The position numbers and the translations under genes are program-made. From NCBI RefSeq assembly GCF_009914755.1, contig NC_060934.1: a stretch of DNA of 64,000 nt; one strand, 5' to 3'. This DNA is from the human T2T-CHM13v2.0 reference genome, Homo sapiens. This document shows, piece by piece, positions 13,528 to 26,750 of the stretch. The notes under the pieces are model-generated. The model was not told the origin of the DNA. It was given only the letters and a program-made list of their open reading frames with translations, and did not search any database. Within the stretch, counting starts at the first letter, position 1. Each line of letters opens with the position of its first letter.

Positions 13528-14484
13528 TTTTTAAAGGATACAAATAAAAGTTTATTATATAAAATCGAGCCTTCATATTTCACAGTTTGGCAAGGCTAAC
13601 GACTAGATCATGTTGTAAGTCCTTAACGAAAATTTTACCCTTCCCATTCCCAACTATTAAAATGGCCTAATCAAAAGTTACAAAAAACGAAGCAAAGTAC
13701 CACTATAAACAACACCAAGTGCTTTAAAGACAACTATTCCAAATGTATTTTTTAAAATTTAGCAGACTTTGTTAGAGCAGTTTTAGGTTCACTGAAAAAT
13801 TGGGTGGAACCTGCAGAGAGTTCTCATATATCCCTTCTCCCATACACACAGTCTCCCCCACTAAGAACGTCCCCCAACAGAGTGGTGCATTTGCCACAAA
13901 TTATGAATCTACATTGATACATCATTATCATCCAAGTCCATAGTTGACACTGGTGTTCACTCTTGGTATTGCACATTCTATGGGTTTAGACAAATTTATA
14001 GTGACATGTATCCATCATTATAGTATCATATGGAATAGTTTCACTGCCCTAAAAATCCTCTGTGCTCCACCTATTCATCCCTCAGTATTATTTATTGACA
14101 TAGGTGACCCCCATGGTATGGGATGCTGTGATCCTGAATTCTTGCAAAGCATCCCTGACAGCTTTGGCCTGTCCATCATTTTCAAATTCAACAACAGCAA
14201 TGTCATGTCTCCCAGGTACCAAACATACTTTGTTGAAAGCGGGAACTGATATGATAGCATGAAACATCATCCTCTCATTAGTCTCTTCTGGTAAGTTATT
14301 CAGGAATACAACACAGTCTGGAGGGTAACCAGGGACCTGAGGATGTGGTGTTGAATTTCCTTGGGAGTTAGCTGAATCTGATGTTCCCTGACCAGGCATT
14401 TCCTTTGCACTTGCTACATCCTGTTCTATAGAGTTTTTTCTTTTCTTCACCAGCAAAAAAAAGCCATAAATTTTACATGTTATA
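13528..14484 (-). pseudogene. 5'-truncated processed pseudogene of SNRPB2 (U2 snRNP B''), interrupted by an L1 fragment
   Basis: ORF 14456-14088 (PGQGTSDSANSQGNSTPHPQVPGYPP..FLNNLPEETNE..LVPGRHDIAVVEFENDGQA) resembles the recalled SNRPB2 C-terminus; intronless; 3'UTR-like sequence 13746-13535 with AATAAA (13556-13551) and an A-tract; AGTTGA on both flanks (14490-14485, 13527-13522). Confidence 0.9.
13750..14084 (-). mobile_element. L1MC-like 3' fragment
   Basis: TTAGAGCAGTTTTAGGTTCAC..CAGAGTGGTGCATTTG; same family as 62475-62865; GTATT on both sides. Confidence 0.8.
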
Positions 14485-14570
14485 TCAACTCTCTCTTACA
14501 AGGTAGGTAGAAAGTCTGCAATACACCTCCCCCCACCTTCTTTGTAGGGGGAAAGAGGTATGCCTTTTTA

Positions 14571-14836
<266 letters not shown>

Positions 14837-14844
14837 AAATTTTT

Positions 14845-15740
14845 AAGTAAAATTATTTATTGCAGTATAGCATTGAGAAAAATGCACAAATTCTAAGTGC
14901 ACAGCTTCATAAGTTTTCATAAATGCAACATACTCTATAACCAGCACCCAAATTAAAAAAGAAAAGAACATTATCTGCACTAAGAAACCCCCTTGTGTCC
15001 TCTTCCAATGATGACTATGCCTTCCAATCACTATGTTGACTTCTAACCCCACATGCTAGCTTTGCCTGTTTTCAGTTTCCATCAATAGAAGCAAATATGT
15101 CTGACTTCTTTCACTCGACACTTTGTGAGAATTATCCATGTTAGTGTGTGTAGTCATACTTCACTAAATCTCAATTCCTTTGTGGAAATATACTAGATTT
15201 TATTTATCCATTCTACTATTGATGGGCATTTGGGTAACTTAAAAATTTTGGCTGCTTTTCTGGGCATGGTGCCTCATGCCTTGGCAGCAATTTGGGAGGC
15301 CGAGGCAGGTGGATCGCTTGAGCCCAGAAGTTCAAGACCGGCCTGGGTAACACGGTAAAACCCCATCTCTATAAAAAATACAAAAATTAGCCAGGCATAA
15401 TGGTACATGCCTGTAGTCCCAGCTAATTGGTAGGCTGAAGTGAGAGGATTGCTTGAGCCTGGGAGGTCAAGGCTGCAGTGAGCCGTGATCATGCCACTGC
15501 CCTCCAGCCTGGAACAGAAAGAGATGTCTCCGAAAAAAAAGAAAAAAAATTGGTTTTGGCTGTACTGAATAGTGTTGCTATGAAAATTCCTGCCCATGTC
15601 TTTTGGTAAATTATATACATATTTCAGTTGTATATATATACATATATATGCATGGGAATAGAGAGTATGTGGCAAGGTCATAGGATATGTTTATGTTTCG
15701 CTTCAGTAGCTACTGCCAAACCATGGTCCAAAGTGGTTTT
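14845..15740 (-). mobile_element. Old L1M 3' fragment containing an AluJ (+, 15259-15550)
   Basis: TTTATCCATTCTACTATTGATGGGCATTTGGG resumes after the Alu; TTTTGGCTG on both sides of the Alu. Confidence 0.75.
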
Positions 15741-17944
15741 TGCTTTGTATTACAATTTTAATCCAAGAGGAATTTAAAGGAATTAAGTAAGAAGAATCAT
15801 ATTAACAGCACTTCGCCAAATGGATTCTCAAAGTGTTTTTCTAACCTCTGTGAAGTGAATGATCTTTATAAAATGGTCTCTAAGTAAAAGCTGTGCAGTT
15901 TAATCTCATCAGGTATCCATTATTCTAGGACCTCCAGAGTGCCACTGAACAATTTTCAATCCTCCTTTCATCTTCATCCTTCTGTTGCTGGTATCCTTTG
16001 AACTGATGGAGAGACATGGATGGCATGCGAATAACCTCCATATTTAATTCCTAAATTGACCTGATATTAGCAAGCAAGGGTTGACATTGCAATAGTTGGA
16101 TAACTTTCTGTAAGTGTTTGTCATGAAGCCTCAAAATTGGCTTCTTCTAGTCAGGACCAAGGCTCACTGAAAACACAAAAAAATTGGGTTTAGAAGTTTG
16201 AGGACTTTGGCGGTGGTTACCAAACGATCAACTTTTTCCTCTCCTGATTGAGCTTAAATATTTCTTCCCTTATCAATTACTTTTGTTAACAATACCCTTT
16301 GTACTTGTTCTATAGTTGAATGTTTAGAAAGTATGTTCACATTTAATCCATCCAACACTTGGTGGGCGCCTGTTATTCTTATGCCTGTCTGTGGGCTAAG
16401 AAAAGTCTCCAAAGTTACAGAGCTAGAGTTCAAATCTAAGGTTTTCTCCTAAGTCCATTCCCCACTCCCCCAACATCCTGCTACATGTTAAGGCTCAGAA
16501 GAACTAGAAATTACTTTAGTCGTTTGGACAGTTTAAAGTAAGTATTCTTTTTTTCCTTCCATAAATTATCATGAGGGAATACAGAAGCTAACCGCCTGGT
16601 AAGATCCAGTGGATCTTCCTAAGGCCATCCCTTGAAAAATAGCAAGTCACTTTAAGTGATGATAATTTGAAAATGTGGCCAGGAAAACGATTCTGGTCCC
16701 TGGGACCAGAAACAATGGTTTGTTTGATTTTTGACGTGTTATAAGGGCTACCCCAGTTTCTGCATGTACATCAAGAATGATAAAAAGGGGGAGGTCTGAT
16801 CAATCTGTTAGGCTGGACTGAACTTTCAGGATGACTGGATATACCTGGACTTAGCTGTTTATATGCCCCAATGCTATGTACTTTCTGAAAAATCCTCAGA
16901 CCATGAAAAGCTACATGTTCCATAATGTTAAAAGGGTATAAAGTAGTGGTTCTGCCTAGCTTGCAAGGTTGCTGTGTAGATAAGAGAAATGTTAATTCTT
17001 TATAAATTCACTTTGAGTCATATGACACGGAGAGAGGATGAAGTAGGTTGCAAAACACCAGATGACTCTAAGCCATTTTCTTTCCAAACACTTACCTAGA
17101 ATTCTAAAGGGGTATCTTCAGGAAGTTGGACCCCAGAGGGAGAGACCCCAAATCCAATGGAATGTGACATTGAGCAGGCTATTAAGTCGGCTGGTGCTGC
17201 TCAGCGTGTGGTAAAAAATATTAGCATAGTTCCAGGGAAGGAACAATGAGAAATTCATCATGCTTCTGGCTTCAGACAACTGCTTTCCAAACTCAGACAC
17301 TGCCCTAACACTCAAGGTCAAAGGTTTCACATCCTTTCCTTTCTTAACACCAGAAGATAAATATTTGCCTTCAAGTTCAACACTCTTGAAATCTAACTCC
17401 AATTGGATAATTTTTGTCTCTTGTGCAAGGGCAAAAACTTAAGGTTTCTTCTTACTCATGACCTCATTCCTGGCCTCCTTTCCAACACAATAGCATGTTG
17501 GAGTCAGGAATGCACAATAACAGCAATCCAAAGAATCGCTCCCATGCCAGCTGCTCTGAGGGAATCAGTTCTCAATACACATCTCCTAGTTGCCAAATAG
17601 TACAATTAAGTGCATTTGGTGGGAAGGAATAGGGCAGTATCAGATAACATAACAAGTGCCCTTTATTTAATATCTTAGTCATGACTTTGTAAGTTGCAAT
17701 AAGCATTCAGAAGCCAGGCTTTTTAAGTTAAAAATGTTTAAACTTGTTTTACAGTATGCAGCAAATGGCTGATCCCAATTCAGTGGGATTCTAGTTTGTC
17801 AACTGCTTTTCGTCACCATATTGCTATCTCTAAAGTACATTCCAGCTCTGTGATAGCTCTCCTTCCCCCATGAATTATAAATATTTTCCCATCCCACCCT
17901 GCTCTTATTTCCTTCCTCAGTATTTCTATTCTTAAAAAGGTCTT

Positions 17945-18966
17945 GTTTTCTCTTGACTTTTATTTTAGGTCCAAGGGGTACATGTGCAGGTTTGTCACAT
18001 AGGTAAATTGCATGTTGCTGAGGTCTGGTGTATGAATGATCCCATCACCCAGGTAGTAAGCATAGTAACTGATGGGTAGTTTTTCAACCCACTTCCCCTG
18101 TCACCATCTCCCCTCCAGTAGTCCCTAATGTCTACTGTTCCCACCTTTGTGTCCATGTGTATTCAATGTTTAGCTCCTGCTCATAAGTGAGAACACGAGG
18201 TATTTTTCTGTTCCTGTATTAGTTCACCTAGGATAACAGCCTCCAGCAGCATCCATGTTGTTGCGAAGGACATGATTTTGTTCCGTTTTTGGCTGTGTAG
18301 TATTCCATGGTGTATAGATACCACATTTTCTTTATCCAGTCCACCATGAATGGGCACCTAGGTTGACTGCATGTCTTTGCTATTGTGAACAGTGCTGCAA
18401 AGAACATACAAGTGCATGTGTCTTTTTGATAGAATGATTTATTTTTCTTTGGGTATATACCCAGTAGTGGGATTGCTGGGTCAAATGGTAGCTCTGTTTT
18501 AAGTTCTTTAAGGAATCTACATGCTGCTTTCTACAGTGGCTGAGCTAATTTATACTCCCACCAGCAGTGTATAAGCGTTCCCTTTTCTCCTCAACTTCAC
18601 CAACATCTGTTTTCTGGCTTTTTAATAATAGCCATTCTGACTAGTGTGAGACGGTATCTCAGTGTGGTTTCCATTTGCATTTCTCTAATGATTAGTGATG
18701 ATGAGCATTTTTTCATATATTTGTTGGCTGCAAATTGGCTTCTTTTGAGAAGTATCTGCCCAGTTTTAAATAGGGTTATTTATTTTTTAATTGTTTAAGT
18801 TTCTTACAGATTCTGGATATTAGACCTTTGCCAGATATACAATTTGTGAATATTTTCTCCCATTGTGTAGCTTGTCTGTTTACTCTGTCGATAGTTTCTT
18901 TTGCTGTGCAGAAGCTCTTTAATTTAATTAAGTCCCACTTGTCAATTTCTGGTTTGGCTGCAATGG
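17945..18966 (-). mobile_element. L1PB-like 3' fragment
   Basis: 3'UTR plus ORF2 C-terminal remnant ([24 protein letters not shown] in ORF 18776-18994). Confidence 0.92.
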
Positions 18967-20501
18967 TTCTAAAATAAATCTTAAAGGACTTCATGGGAGC
19001 TGGGTAGGAACCGGTGCTCTGTGGGTAGTTGATGCCTTAGCTTTGGAGTCTTGGGTGATCCTTTACAAGTTATTTCCACTAAAACCATTCCTCTGAGTTA
19101 TCAAGACTGTTTTACAGATGGTTCAGCTCTATAGTACACTATCAGACTAAAAATATTTTTTCTTCCCCAGGGTTAGAGGAGCCTTCAGGGTGGGAATGAA
19201 TATTGGAGCAGTCAGAAAAACACAGCTTGCTTTTAAAAACATCCTTGTCTGATTTCCTCTCCTATTGTGGCTGGACTTCATCTCCTTTAATAAACAACTA
19301 TGCCTTCCAGCCTGGAATTTACCTAGCACAAATTCTGTGATTTCACTGGGAACAGTGAGGAGTGGTGTATCTAACAATCATTGAGTAGTGGTTCCAATCA
19401 TGAAAAGGAAGCAAAAAACCGACTGAAAAATAAATCTGAAGAAGGAACGAAGACATATGAAAGAATTCAGGACCCCCAGGCTTGGCAATGCCCCAAATGA
19501 GAATATTTTTAAGGCAAGGCTTACACCTTTGGATGACAACCAAAGAATTTCTGTATCCCACAAAGAAAGAGACACACAATTCACATTCCAGACCTCTACA
19601 TGCTGGGTGGGTGCCTGCCCTGCCCCAAGTCCTCTGGATTCTTCTGAAAGGGCAGGCCTCAGAGACCTGAGCCAGGATAAGCAGGGAGTGCTGTGCAAAC
19701 GGGCACCCTGCCAGCCACACCTGCTGTACCAGGCGCCAGTCACAGTCAGGTGACAGGAGGGCCTGTTAGAGGAGATCTAGGGACCGTGCCATGGCTGGAC
19801 ACTGAGACTCAAGGGAGACAGCCCAACCCACTTATATCAACAGGTGATTTGTGAACTGTGGGTTCCACTGTGTACAGTCACATGGCTGTTGGGGTGACCC
19901 TCCAAGTGTTAGGCTGTGCAACCTAGGCTGATGAAAAGTCTGTGTTGTCCCTCAAGGCAGCAGACCCCCCTGAGTTCTGGAGTAAAGGCATCCAGGTACT
20001 CCAAGGCAAAGTCTGCTGACCTTAGTCTAAGTTAGCTGGTTCCTCTGACAACAGAAAGAAAGAAAAGCCCAGCTTCCCAGCCAAAGCAGCTGCTCTGCAA
20101 AGAAATGCTGGGGTACCTCTTGGGCCAGGCTTCCATCCCCGTTGCTCAGCAGTCTGGACTCAGAAACCCTTTACTGAGCCTTAAGGGCATTCAATTGAAA
20201 TACCAGGCTTTGTTGCATTTCATGACATTACAAAATTTTTTTTCTACCTGAGTGGGACAAACGTATCACAAATTTACCCTGTTTAGGAGATGGCCCCAGT
20301 GATAAAGGAAGAACTTTCCAGGTCAAAGAGCCCTAGGATGAAGTCAGGAAACCTGGGTCCTAACTTGTGAAACCTTGGGCTGGGTTAATATCTCCATTTC
20401 TCAGGCGCCTTATTTGCAGGAGGAGATGGTTACATTAAAGGACCTTTAAGATACATTCTAGCTCCAAAATTCTATTTTCCTGAAAAAAGATAAAAAATAT
20501 T

Positions 20502-20770
20502 GGCCAGATGCAATGGCTCATGCCTGTAATCCCAACAACTTGGGAGGTCGAGGCAGGATGATTGCTTGAGGCCAGGAGCTGGACACCAGCCTGGGCAACA
20601 CAGCAAAGCCCTGTCACTATAAAAAGTAATTTCAAAATATTAGCCATGTGTGGTTGCGCACTTGCAGTCCTGGCTACTCAGGAGGATTGCTTGAGCCCAG
20701 GAGTTCAAGGCTGCAATGAGCCATGATCTCTCCACTGCATTCCAGCCTGGGCAACAAAGTGAGACCTTGA
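20502..20770 (+). mobile_element. AluJ
   Basis: Degenerate Alu dimer. Confidence 0.9.
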
Positions 20771-21864
20771 CTTTACGTTCCCACAAAAATATTTTTAAAA
20801 ATAAGAAAGAGTAAAATGGGAATGGTTTAGGACATCTTCATTGGCAGTTACTGTGAATTAAACAAGCCTTATATAGGAAAATACTGCATTGACAGAGTGG
20901 TCACCACACAGTGATTAAACTTTGTCCCTGAGCCCTAAACTGTTGTATTTAATTGAAAGTTCTAAAAACAGATGAAGATAGCAACAGTCAGTATCTGTGC
21001 TATGCTTTTCAGTTTATAAAGTACTTTCACATATCTCTCCTCACTGGATACTCACAACAGATCATGAGATAGGAACATCAAGTTACCATTACTATCCCCA
21101 TGTTACAGATGAGCAAAGAGAGGCACATAGTTGTCTTTAATGACTGGGAAATTTAGAATGAGAATAAATTCGTATGGAGAATGCGGAGAGCAGCTCAGGA
21201 GAGCAGGAGGAAAAGACAACTCTAAACCGCACACCCTGGAGCTACCCAGGCTATGACAACCAGGGTCACATAAGGAGGGCAAACTGCTTGATACAGTCAA
21301 GTGCTGGTGAGGAAGCAGCATGGAGAGTGCGGTGTGAGAAAGGACTCCCAGGACGAGTCAGGGTGAGGCGCCAGCAGCCTCCAAGGTACTGGACCCTGGT
21401 CTTTGTGGCCATTCGTGTCTTCAAGCAGTCAGGGCTCAGGCGGTATTTGTTGAGGCAACCAAGGAGCTCTTTGCTCCCCTTGTCCCACCAGTCGGTCTCC
21501 AGGCTCTTATTATCCTTCCTCCCGTGCTGTTCTTCCCAATCCTTTGAGGTTCCTCTGCCTCGGGGCCTCACTTGGACCACAAGCCACAACCTCTTCCTCT
21601 CCCTCCCTCCCAAAGATGTGCATTCTGAACACCAGGCTAATTTTTATTAAATATGATGTAGATCACAATACTCTGGATAAAAAGACCTGAATGTCTTCCC
21701 ATTGCCTACTGAAAAAAGTTAAGTTTTCTAACCTTGGCATTCAATACCCTCTGCAGTCTGGTCTCAATCTACCTGTCCAGTTTCATTGCCTACCTGGTAT
21801 CCACACCCTCATCCATGCCTTGGCCATGTGGGCTCTGCGTCAGCCTCAAATATGTTAACCTGCC

Positions 21865-22233
21865 TGTATTAGTCCGTTCTCACACTGCCAATAAAGACAT
21901 AGCTGAGACTAGGTCATTTATAAAGGAAAGAGGTTGAATGGACTCACAGTTCCACATGGCTGACACGGGGAGGCCTCACAATCATGGCGGAAGATGAAGA
22001 AAGAGCAAAGGGACGTCTTACATGGCGGCCAGCAAGAGAACTTGTGCAGGGGAACTCCCATTTATAAAACCATCAGATTTTGTGAGACTTATTCACTACC
22101 ACGAGAACAGCATGGAAAAGACCCACCCCCATGATTCAACTACCTTCCACCAGGTCCCTCCCATGACATGTGGGAATTATGGGAGCTACAATTCAAGATG
22201 AGATTTGGGTGGGGACACAGCCAAACCATATCA
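21865..22233 (-). mobile_element. THE1 (MaLR) solo LTR
   Basis: TG...CA termini, TGATATGGTTTGGCTGTGTCCCCACCC start on minus, 5-bp TSD CTGCC (21860-21864, 22234-22238). Confidence 0.93.
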
Positions 22234-22716
22234 CTGCCTATACCTTCCCACATCTTAAATTTCCTGAGAGAAGCTACTCTCAAACTTCTCTGTGCATTAG
22301 AATCAACAGGGTAGTTTTAAAAAAGTATAGTTGCCTGGGGCCCCTCTAGAGAAAGTGATTGCAAGGTGTAGCCCAGGTTGAAAACTTCTAGACTGAAATG
22401 AGCCTTCTCCAGCTCCCCTGGACTTAGGCATTTTCTTTGATTTGCATGTATTTCTTGACTTGAATATACATTTATATATTCATATAAAGCACATGCCATT
22501 TATATAATGCAATGAATTATAACTGCTGGCTACCTAGCAGATTTTTCCCCACTAGACTTTAATTTCTTGGGAACAAGGACATTGTCTCATTCATTTTTTG
22601 TATTTCCAGAGTCTAATGGGCGTTGAACACATATTAGGTATTTTTTTGTATAAAATAGTCTATTTCATATAACAAAATACCAATGCTCCAAGCTTCTACT
22701 GCTACCTTCTCTAGGG

Positions 22717-23036
22717 ATTTTATTTTTATTTTATTTTATTATTATTTTTTTTTGAGACAAGGTCTCACTCCCATTACCCAGGGTGGAATGCAGTGATGCG
22801 ATCTTGGTTCACTGTAGCCTTGACTTCCTGGGCTCAGGTGATCCTCCCATCTTAGTCTCTTGAGTAGCTGGGACTATAGGCATGCACCACCATTCCCAGC
22901 TAACTTTTTGTATTTTTATTAGAGATGGGGTTTCACCATGTTGCCCAGGCTGGTCTCAAACTCCTGGGCTCAAGGGATCACCCGCCTCAGTCTCCCAAAG
23001 TGCTGGGATTACAGGCCTGAGCCATTGTGCCCTGCC
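22717..23036 (-). mobile_element. AluJ
   Basis: Alu dimer. Confidence 0.92.
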
Positions 23037-23407
23037 ACAGGGTCTTTTCAGTCTTAGCTGAGTGTGTTCCCTCCCTCCTCTGTGCTCCTACAGCATTTAT
23101 TTATTCTGTTAAGGTAGTGCCTTGAACTTATCAATATCTTTGAAGTCTTCCACTAAAGTTTAAGTTCCATTAAGGTAGGGGTTGTCTTTTTATAATCGCA
23201 CATTATAAGTATAATTATATAATCAGTTAACATAGTACAAGAATGAAATGTTAAATTCTTGTTTATAGAATCAATTATACCTCAAACTAGTATACAAAAA
23301 ATGTAAGTTTATCACTGAGGAAAATTCTAACGTCACAGAACAATGGCAGAACAAATATTTAAGAGCAAGATGTATTGCTGAATCCACGAGATTTTATTCT
23401 ATTCTAA

Positions 23408-23750
<343 letters not shown>

Positions 23751-24600
23751 CCTTCTCATGTCTTTCTAGAAAAGTCCCATTTCCTATCATTTTGTTCCCA
23801 GTGTATATTTTGGCAAAGACTTGTTCTAATTCTTTCAGTTTGCATCAAACAGGTCATCTGTAGAGACTAGTCTCAACTCTCAGCAGAAAAGCCAACTGTC
23901 CATATTCTCCAGTTTCCCCTTCCAGCTGTTCGGAGCATCATTAAGTTTAAAGACCTCTCTTTCCTGTGGACCCAGAAGGTCTTGCTCTGCAGTTCCCTCA
24001 AACTTGAACACGGTGGCATCACTTTCTCATCAACAAACAATCTCAGGTGGACAGATGCTCTCTCAGTGTCTTCCTGGAGCAGAAAGACCTGGATAATCCC
24101 CATCCAAGACAAGTCAATTTCCTTCTGTCCAATTAGGACAGTAAAGCTGCTTGGTACCACTTCCTTGCTGCAGGCCAGTCGTGCTGAGCACAAGATGACT
24201 CAGGTGAACTTTCCTGGGGGGAAGCTGCTTATTCCAAAAGTAATGGGTCTATTAAAGACAGGAGCCCAAACAAAAGGATGTTTTTTTCCTGTGCGTAAAA
24301 AGGGCTGAAATTAGCGAACTGGGGAAAGAAAATGTGTTACAATCCAATGCAATGTGCACTCACGGAGTACCTCTTATTCACTCGTGACATGCTGATTCCT
24401 CTGGGGACCAGTCTGCAGAGAAGCCAAAAGGCTTTACGTAGGAACCTTATTCATCTTTGCATTCTCGAAGTGTGCAAATAGTAAGTGGACAATAGACATT
24501 CATTGAGTGAAAGATCCTGCTTCTGAATCCAGAGGAAGGGACAATGTCTAACTATAATTCAAGGGGTCAGGCAGGACTTCACGGAAGATATAACTTGTAA

Positions 24601-24910
<310 letters not shown>

Positions 24911-24913
24911 ATA

Positions 24914-25025
24914 GAAGGAAGGAAGGAAGGAAGGAAAGAAGGAAGGAAGGAAGGAAGGAAGGAAGGAAGGAAGGAAGGAAGGAAGGAAAGAAAGAGAGAA
25001 AGAAAGAGAGAAAGCAAGCAAGCAA
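24914..25025. repeat. (GGAA)5 AGAA (GGAA)12 microsatellite plus GAAA/GCAA repeats (Alu tail)
   Basis: 12 consecutive GGAA at 24941-24988. Confidence 0.97.
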
Positions 25026-26219
25026 GCCGAATTTTGCTTTTATTACTTATATACCAAAACTCGAGAGTTTTTTCCTATCACTTACACTATAGTCAAGAAG
25101 ACAGTCACCTGTACTCTCCATCCATCCTCCTCCATCCATCCTCCCTTTCCCCAGCAAACCAAACCAAACCAGACCCAGAAAACCTAAACCTTTGAGAAAC
25201 TTACCAGATACTTTCTCACCTAAAGTTACTTTTCTGTGTAATTTTTCAGGTACAACAATCTGCTGAAAATTCATTTCTTACCCCTTGTACATTTAACTGA
25301 TAAACGTGATGAATTTAGAAAGAAATGTGATGAATTTAGAAAGAAAGCATATCAGTTCTTCATTCAGAAATGCAGCTATCTTAGGAGAAAAATGTGTTTC
25401 AAATGTCCGCAAGATATGCTATAATGGCTCAGAACAGGAAGAAATTAGCTTCATTTCAGTAACAGCCAGTATTCTACCACCTCTTAAATCAAGCAAAAAC
25501 ATTTATCACATAAAAGAAAATAAAAAAAAAGAAACCCCACTGGCAAGCAACATCCGGCAGTAACAATTTCACACTCAATTTATCCTGAGCAGGTTAATAC
25601 CACACTGTGGCAATTTCATCTAGTCGACATGCTTCAGCTCACCCCTTTCTAACCTATTGTAAATGACCAGCAATCAAAGCCCAACTTGGTCTGTGTGCTG
25701 GTATGCTCAGGGTCAAGGTGAATTCACCTTGGTGGCGGGTAGGAGCAAAGGGTATCCCTCATAAGCCAGGAATGAAAGAACCACCAAATGAATTCTTAGT
25801 GCTTCCTGTCTAGCACAGAGCTAGTAGATACAAGCAATCGATTTTTCCATGAAAGGTGTCGATGCCAACACTACCAAGAAATCTATCTTTTGCCAGAGAG
25901 ATAGCAAGGATTTAGTGCCCCTGCAAATTCTTATTGACTATTAAGATGTGCCAAGTTTGGGTCATACTGCAAATTTCCAAGATACATATACTCCTGAAAA
26001 TATCATCCAAGCCTGCAAAGTTTTCACATGACACCATCACTCAATGACTATACTCAAGGAATAACTGCATCTGTCCTACAGGCTCCACAAGCATCACTTT
26101 TAGGATCTACAGATTAGTTATCTCAGGTAAGTTTCTCTACTGCTGCTCACCTAAGACTCACAGAATAAAAAAGTTGCTTTCCGATACTAGCTGGAAGCAA
26201 ACATAATTAAGTGAAATGA

Positions 26220-26393
26220 GGCCGGGTGCAGTGGCTCACGCCTGTAATCCTAACACTTTGGAAGGCCAAGGTGGGCGGATCACTTGAATGGGAGGGGGAA
26301 AGGGGAGCCGGAGATTGCGGTGAGCCAAGATCGCACCACTGCACTCCAGCTGGGTGACAGAGCGAGACTCTGTCTCAAAAAAAAAAAAAAATA
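26220..26393 (+). mobile_element. Internally deleted (monomer-length) Alu
   Basis: Left-arm 5' joined to right-arm 3'; TSD AAGTGAAATGA (26209-26219, 26394-26404). Confidence 0.88.
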
Positions 26394-26462
26394 AAGTGAA
26401 ATGAGCATTCTGAATTATCAGCTGTTTTTGTAATTTCTGCAGTCATTCCTTTGAATTATTGC

Positions 26463-26750
26463 TTTTGTGAGACAGGGTCTCACTATGTTGCCCAGGCTGG
26501 AATGCAGTGGCGTGATCACAGCTCACTGCAGCCTCGACCACCCGGGCTCAGTGATCCTCCCACCTCAGCCTCCCAAGTAGTTGGGTCTACAGATGCATGT
26601 GCCACCATACCCAACTAATTTAAAAAAATTTTTTTTGTAGAGACAGGGTCTCCCTATGTTTCCCAGGCTGGTCTCAAGCTCCTCGGCTCAAGTGATCCTC
26701 CTGCCTTGATCTCCCAAAGTGTTGGGATTACAGGCGTGGCCACCACTCTC
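26463..26750 (-). mobile_element. AluJ
   Basis: Alu dimer. Confidence 0.92.

Noticed and set aside
18776-18994. L1 ORF2-like peptide as an active element
   Set aside because: Only ~1 kb of a truncated, degenerate L1
23873-24308. Overlapping ~107-aa ORFs as a possible further pseudogene
   Set aside because: No recognisable homology, poly-A or TSD; a BLASTX search would settle it
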